DNA of 64,000 nucleotides from Blepharisma stoltei ATCC 30299 (lineage: Eukaryota > Protista > Ciliophora): the NCBI GenBank assembly GCA_965603825.1, contig CBFDEM010000054.1, positions 124,001 to 188,000 of the forward strand. The letters are read 5' to 3'. The notes under the pieces were generated by a model. The model was given only the letters and a program-made list of their open reading frames with translations. It made no database searches and was not told where the DNA came from. This document shows, piece by piece, positions 58,501 to 64,000 of the stretch; position 1 is the stretch's first letter; the number at the start of each line of letters is the position of its first letter. The translations under genes were made by a program, and so were the position numbers.

Positions 58501-61500
58501 ATCATCAGAGCGACCCTTTTCCCTCCTGGCCCACCGACCATATCTTTTCTCTTCGAATCTAGCTTGCTCATAATTGTATTTTGTGTCTGAATAGAAGAAG
58601 TCTGTGCCGAAAAAGTCAAAAAAACAGGGAATAAATTTTCATTTTCCTTCATATAATATAAAGTGTCTGTAATTATGACGGTTTTTCCGACACCAGTAGA
58701 GCCTGTAATGAAAACAGGCTTGTGGACTTTTATTTGGGTCCTTAAAATGTATGCGAACCTTACAGTATCTTTGGTAGGGACGACAAGCTCGAAAAAGGAA
58801 ATCGCTGGATCATATAGAAAATCTGGCTTGATTTTTTCCCATTGCTTGTAATCGCCACCAATTTTGTCAGGGCTTACAAAGGAGTCAAATAATGACCCTC
58901 TGGGAAGATCAAAAGAAAATTCACTGCTCATGCTTGATTCAAACTTAAGCTGGCTATTATTGTCAAGAGCTCCTCCTAATCCCCACATAAAGCAGAACAT
59001 AAACAGCTTTTCTAGATATTTTTTAAACTGATCTGGCTCGTCTTTTAGCCTTGGGCAGTCTTCTTCTAACGTCAAAGCTTTTATAAGTGAACAAGTGCTC
59101 ATCACCAAGCTCATATCCATAGTCGGAATCGGCTCAAAAAGCCCTTTTCTAATCACAGCAATTCCTTTTTCAACATACTTTTCAAACAAATATTTCAAAA
59201 AAGTCCTATTTTCTTCAGACCACTCAGGAAGATTTACATCAACCCAGGTCATCACATATGGTTTCCAGCCTACAGCTTCCAGGTTCATATAAACCATCCC
59301 ACACCTTGAAACAGTTGCAGGAGAAGCTACAGCTAAATCTTGGACCTCAAAAAGCATCCTCATTTCATTTTTCAGCTTAATTCTTTGTCCATTTGCTAAG
59401 CACAGCATCATGTTATCGTCAAGCACAGTATTCATATTTTCAATCCAAAGAGAATCGACAGGTCCATCAAATACGACCCATCTTCTGTTATTGTCTTCTC
59501 GCTCGCTGTAATTTCTCATTATAGAGCTGGCTAGACCGTCTTTTCAGTCTTGAGTCACTTCATTGTACTCTCCATAAAGCTCGCCCATGTTGATAGCTTT
59601 GGGGTTAAGGACTTTGTACTCGACTTCTTGGAAATTTTGGTTTTTGGAATTTTTGTTGGCTCGGAGGTGGGTCATGGCTTTAGCGAGTACTCTGTAGCAG
59701 GTTGATTTTCCAGCAGTGGCTGGGCCGACGATCATAACTCCGAATCTGACTGAAAAGGTCTCGTAGAGCTGAATTACTTTTTCAATGAATTTTGGTTCTG
59801 GCTGCAGCTTATCTTTTTTAATGATTTCTATGATACTTTCTTGGAGCTCGCCATAGTCTACAAATGGGACTTCTACGCCTGGGAATAAATCTTGGACAAT
59901 TGCAAAGAATAAAATTAGATCTTCTTTTAAGAACTTTGGGACGTTGGAATCTCTCATAGCTCGAATCAGCACAACTTCTTCTGAAAGGTCTGGGTCTTTT
60001 CTTTTTAACGCCCCAGCCATATTCAGCACACTTTTTACAGCCCTCATTCCAAAGTCATAATGGTCCTGCTGTGAAAGCTGCTCTGACGACAGTTTATAAA
60101 GTTTCGTCATTTTGCCTGACAATCTTTTAGCTTCACTAAACCCTTCTGCAAAAAGCATAATTTCAGCAATCAAGGTATAGTCAGGAACCATCATAGACAT
60201 AGGCCTAAACAAGACTTTTAAGTTGTCAGGAAGCTCAGTTCTACCTGCATATCCAGGGTTCATAGTAATAAAGACACCCATAGTATCCACAAGATAAGAA
60301 TGTTTATCATCTAAATAAAATTCGGTCTTCTTTTCCCATCGGGCAGTACTAATAGTTCTCAGCTGTTGTCCAATAACTGACAGCACTTCTATATCAATTC
60401 TGTTGAACTCGTCCAGACATGACCATGACCCAGTATTACAAAGACCTAGAAACAGCTTTTCCATCATCATAAATGTGATTTGTTCAGAGCAGTTAAATAC
60501 GATGCAATACTGGCCTACTGCTTTGGCTAGATCTTTAACACTTTCAGTTTTCCCTGTTCCTGCTGGTCCTGCGGGGGAGGCGCCTAGCTTGATATGAAGA
60601 GCGCCTGTAATGGTCATCCAGCATCTATCAGTCAAAGGTGTAATGACTAGCCTAGTCGTAGCGCCCATATATTCATAGCCATAATATAGCACTGAATTAA
60701 CCTGCTTTATTGTGCAATCTTCTTGTTCGGAAGCAAAATAGTACCTTAATTGTTGCTGCCACCTGAAATCATTCATGCTAGATACTTCATTGTCCTTTAA
60801 ATTTTCTATGATATCACGATTATGCACGTCCTGAGTCACTAATGCTACAACTGATCTTCTTTGGATATTATTTAAATCAGTCCTGACAAGCACTGTCAAT
60901 TCTTCTAGCTGAGACACATTAGTTTCATACCAGTCTGCAAGGGCTTCAGATGCTCCATCTTTGTTCGTCAATGCTTCTTCTGTGGAATAAGTCCACATGA
61001 TATTGCCTACACATGATACTATCTGTGCAAAGTGCCCAATAACCCATTCCGGCCTATTTTGGTCATCATAAGACCCATATCCTTCTTTAATTTCTCTTCT
61101 CAAGCTCTTTTTCATATCTCCTTCGACAACACCTAGCCACTCTTCTACGCTCCCTCTAGCTTTTAGGTTTCTTGAAAGCGGAATTCTTTCGCCCTCTGCC
61201 GAAATCATAGCATAAATGTCTTCTCCTCTGTGCTCGCTGCCAAAATCAAGCTGATAAATGCTTTCAAAAATTTTCCTCAAATGTGGCTGGACTGCAGACG
61301 GTACTTTTGCTTGTGCCAAAATTTCTAGTAATTCATCATTAGACAAAAAGAAAAATCTTGGGAATTGTTTACGTTTTTTATCTAAATAGTCTTCTAATGC
61401 TTTTTGGATTTGTTCTAACTTTGTGTTATAGTCTTTAAGCTCTTTAAAAAGATTAGGCTGTGTAGCTATAGGTAATGCCAAAGTCCTTTCGCTGACGTTT

Positions 61501-63998
61501 TTCATGAGTTTTCTGAAGTTTACATCGATATTTACGAATTTCTTCTGTTCGACTGGAAGCTGCTTTTGGATGTCAGGTGAGTGGAAAATATTTTCTAAAT
61601 ACAGCCACTGTTTTTGGACATTCATCCACTCATCGAGTGTGCTTGAAAACAAAGCGAATTTCTTTTGCCAAGGCTCGACTTTATCATATAAAGGTGCTAC
61701 ATATCTGTTTGTAATGATGCTGGAAATAGCGACTTGGGTATCATCAAGCATAGTAATGATATCTTCAAGCTGCGTTAAAGTGAAAACGTCTTTTTCCTTG
61801 TTGTATTTCAGCTGGAATTCGACTGATTCCCACGTTTTCACAACTTCGTTCAGCTGTCTTTCAAGCTCCTGTTCCTTCTTTGCTTTGAGGGCAATATCAG
61901 CAATTTCGTCTTTTTTATCATTAACTTTCATATCCATAAGTGATTGTAAAGTAAAAGTGGTGTCAGAAATATCTATATCTTTTTGTAAGGTTTCTTTTAT
62001 TTGGTCCCAATGTCTTGGCTGCAAAGCTGGGCTTCTTAAATCTACTACTACAGGCATCGTATTTTTCAAGTCTTCAACTCTAAGCTTCAACAAATCCGGC
62101 ACAAAATTTCCTTGATCTTCTAACGCTCTGCTTCTTATAGCAATTCTATAGTAATTTTCTACATCTTTTCCAATCTGCTCTACATCAATCAGCTTAAACG
62201 GTGTAGAATTCCATGTGACGATTTTAGTCCCCCATTCATAAAGGGCAGTCCACATATCGTTTTTCAGCTTAAAATCTCTTCTCATATCAGCTACATAGTC
62301 AAAATTGGTCCTTTCTATTTCCAATTCGTCCTGATACGAAGCATAAGCTTTGCTTTCTCCATAAACTTCTTCTACAATTGAGCCAATCTCTTTGAGGAAT
62401 ATCACCATCATGCTAGGCTGTGACTCTTTATTAGCAATTCTGTCATCTTTGAGCTTTTCATTGATTTCTTTGACTCTTTTTTCTATGCTTATGATTCCGT
62501 CTCTCAGATCTTTTGAAAATTTGATGCGGTCGCCTTCGTCTCTTTCAGAAGCTGTTTGGACCCGCTGTCTGAGTAGGCTTAAAGCTTGAAGACAGTCAGA
62601 GTATTTTGTTTTTGTGTTGTCTTCAAGCCTTATCTGGTACATGTCCATTAACTGGTTGAGGTCTTTGATGTCGCTGAACCTTTGGGAAAATTCTCCCATC
62701 TTTTCATTGGTTCTTCGTAGGAAGTTGCTATAGTCTATGTACTCTTCTACAACTTTAGGGACATTTACAAGCTTCCTATTAGCTTCGTTGAGCTCTGAAA
62801 GCAGCTTAGCAGCCCTTTCTAATGACAGCTCTGGCATTAAGATTTCTAGCTTATTTAAGCACCTTTTTGGAGAAGGCTTTAATTTTTCTTTTAGGTTTTT
62901 TGAGTTCAGCTGATAAATTCCTACAGTTTCTGTCTCTTTCATATGAGTGAATTCCTGGATTTGTGCTTTGTATTTGTCGATGGCTTTTTTAAACTCTTCC
63001 AGCTCAGAAGCTCTGAAGAACTGAATGTCCATATTTTCATTATCATTATAAGTCTTCAATTGAGGCTCAAATATTTGAGAATACTCAATCACTAAGTCAA
63101 AGGCTCTTTGGATAGATTCTTTTATCTTGGAATCTAAATATCTGATCTGTTCATCATTAATGACCATCTGTAATAAATCAAGCTCTTCTTCAAACTGCCG
63201 GTCTTCAAAATCTTCAAGCATTGAGGTAAATTTCTCGAAATCTGAAGCACTGATAAGCAGCTCATTGTTGCAGACAACAGTGATCCCTTTCATTAAAGCA
63301 TCTTCCATAGATTGTTTTATTTCTTCTGCTGTCGGGTCAAACACCATGTCCATTCCTTCAAAGTTTCCGAAAATGCTTAAAAGAGGCATAGGAACTTTTC
63401 GACTGCCTCGAGCTTTTACTAGACGAGCTTCTTCATGCTGCAAAAAGGTATTTAAAATTTTTTGGGTTGATTGGTAGCATAATGATACCTTTGAGTCAAT
63501 AATTTGATAGTCGCAGAGCCTTATATACTTAGTAAGGCGCATATAATGAGTCCTTATAATAGCTTCTTGAGTATATGGCATCTGTTTATTGGTATTGTCT
63601 CCAATTAGAAAAGATTCTGGGTTTTCCTCTTGATCTACATCTTGGTTTTGAATTGTAGTCCTATTTTCTTTCTGGAACTGCTCCATTGAGTCTGTTGTAG
63701 CTCTGGAAATCACAGTTTTAATATTTCCTTCAATTTCTTCTAAAAGCTCAGCAACTTTTTCTCTTTTAGAGTTCTGGTCAGTATTAAACTGTTTAATAGC
63801 TCTCACATCTTCTGTAGACAAATCTATAATATCAGCTTTCATGATTCTATAAGTCTGAGTTCTTAGCTGCAGCAGAGGCTCCCTTAATATATCATCTAAT
63901 ATAAACAGTTGCGTTTTAAGGAATTCTGCTCTATCTTTTATCATGCTTCTGCGTCTCAAGTTCTTCCACAATGAAAAGTTTTTCCACTTTTTATATTG
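52596..63998 (-). CDS. Axonemal inner-arm dynein heavy chain (DNAH6-like), 5'-truncated by the window edge
   Basis: Five track ORFs share one frame through TGAs at 59544, 58014, 53742 and 53169. P-loops GPAGTGKT, GPATAGKS, GSTGVGKT, GVGGCGKQ. C-terminal RAGVLSTTGHSTNF. Confidence 0.95.
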
Positions 63999-64000
63999 TT

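Noticed and set aside
29801-63477. Many opposite-strand ORFs (for example 32855-33505, 56245-56865, 61504-62115)
   Set aside because: They are antisense shadows of real genes, rich in Ser/Phe/Leu, with no domain signal.
1-64000. Pseudogene or selenocysteine explanations for the in-frame TGAs
   Set aside because: The TGAs align with conserved Trp residues in many unrelated, otherwise intact genes, and a paralogue has TGG at the same site.
1-64000. TAG=Gln (NCBI table 15) or a Condylostoma-type ambiguous code
   Set aside because: TAA/TAG occur only at gene ends or inside introns, and Gln is encoded by CAA/CAG.
1-64000. Telomeric repeats, IESs, transposons, tRNA or rRNA genes
   Set aside because: I saw no CCCTAACA arrays, gene-interrupting insertions, transposase ORFs or cloverleaf structures by eye. 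Intergenic IESs cannot be excluded without germline data.

Overview
Gene-dense, AT-rich eukaryotic DNA, most likely a heterotrich ciliate macronuclear chromosome (best fit Blepharisma). TGA is read as Trp, TAA/TAG are stops, and the introns found are all 15 nt. Most fragmented ORFs in the track therefore join into about 35 intact genes: importin-beta-like, DHHC, hotdog thioesterase, kelch, RBR ligase, DNAI1, NUP35, hinderin-like, CDPK, CDKL, two RPL41 copies, TBC GAP, TORTIFOLIA1/SPIRAL2-like, RPS17, VAC14, a giant ELMO-domain protein, OSCA/TMEM63, ATG18, MTHFR, three truncated haemoglobins, PEMT, a sorting nexin, an RRM protein, a kinase, and an inner-arm dynein heavy chain. The most notable feature absent from the ORF track is an intergenic array at 46930-47202: four very small (53-60 nt) box C/D snoRNAs with 16-18 nt spacers and recognisable rRNA antisense guides, followed by about 290 nt of further structured non-coding sequence. 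Family calls and rRNA target sites come from recognising motifs from memory; no database search was run.
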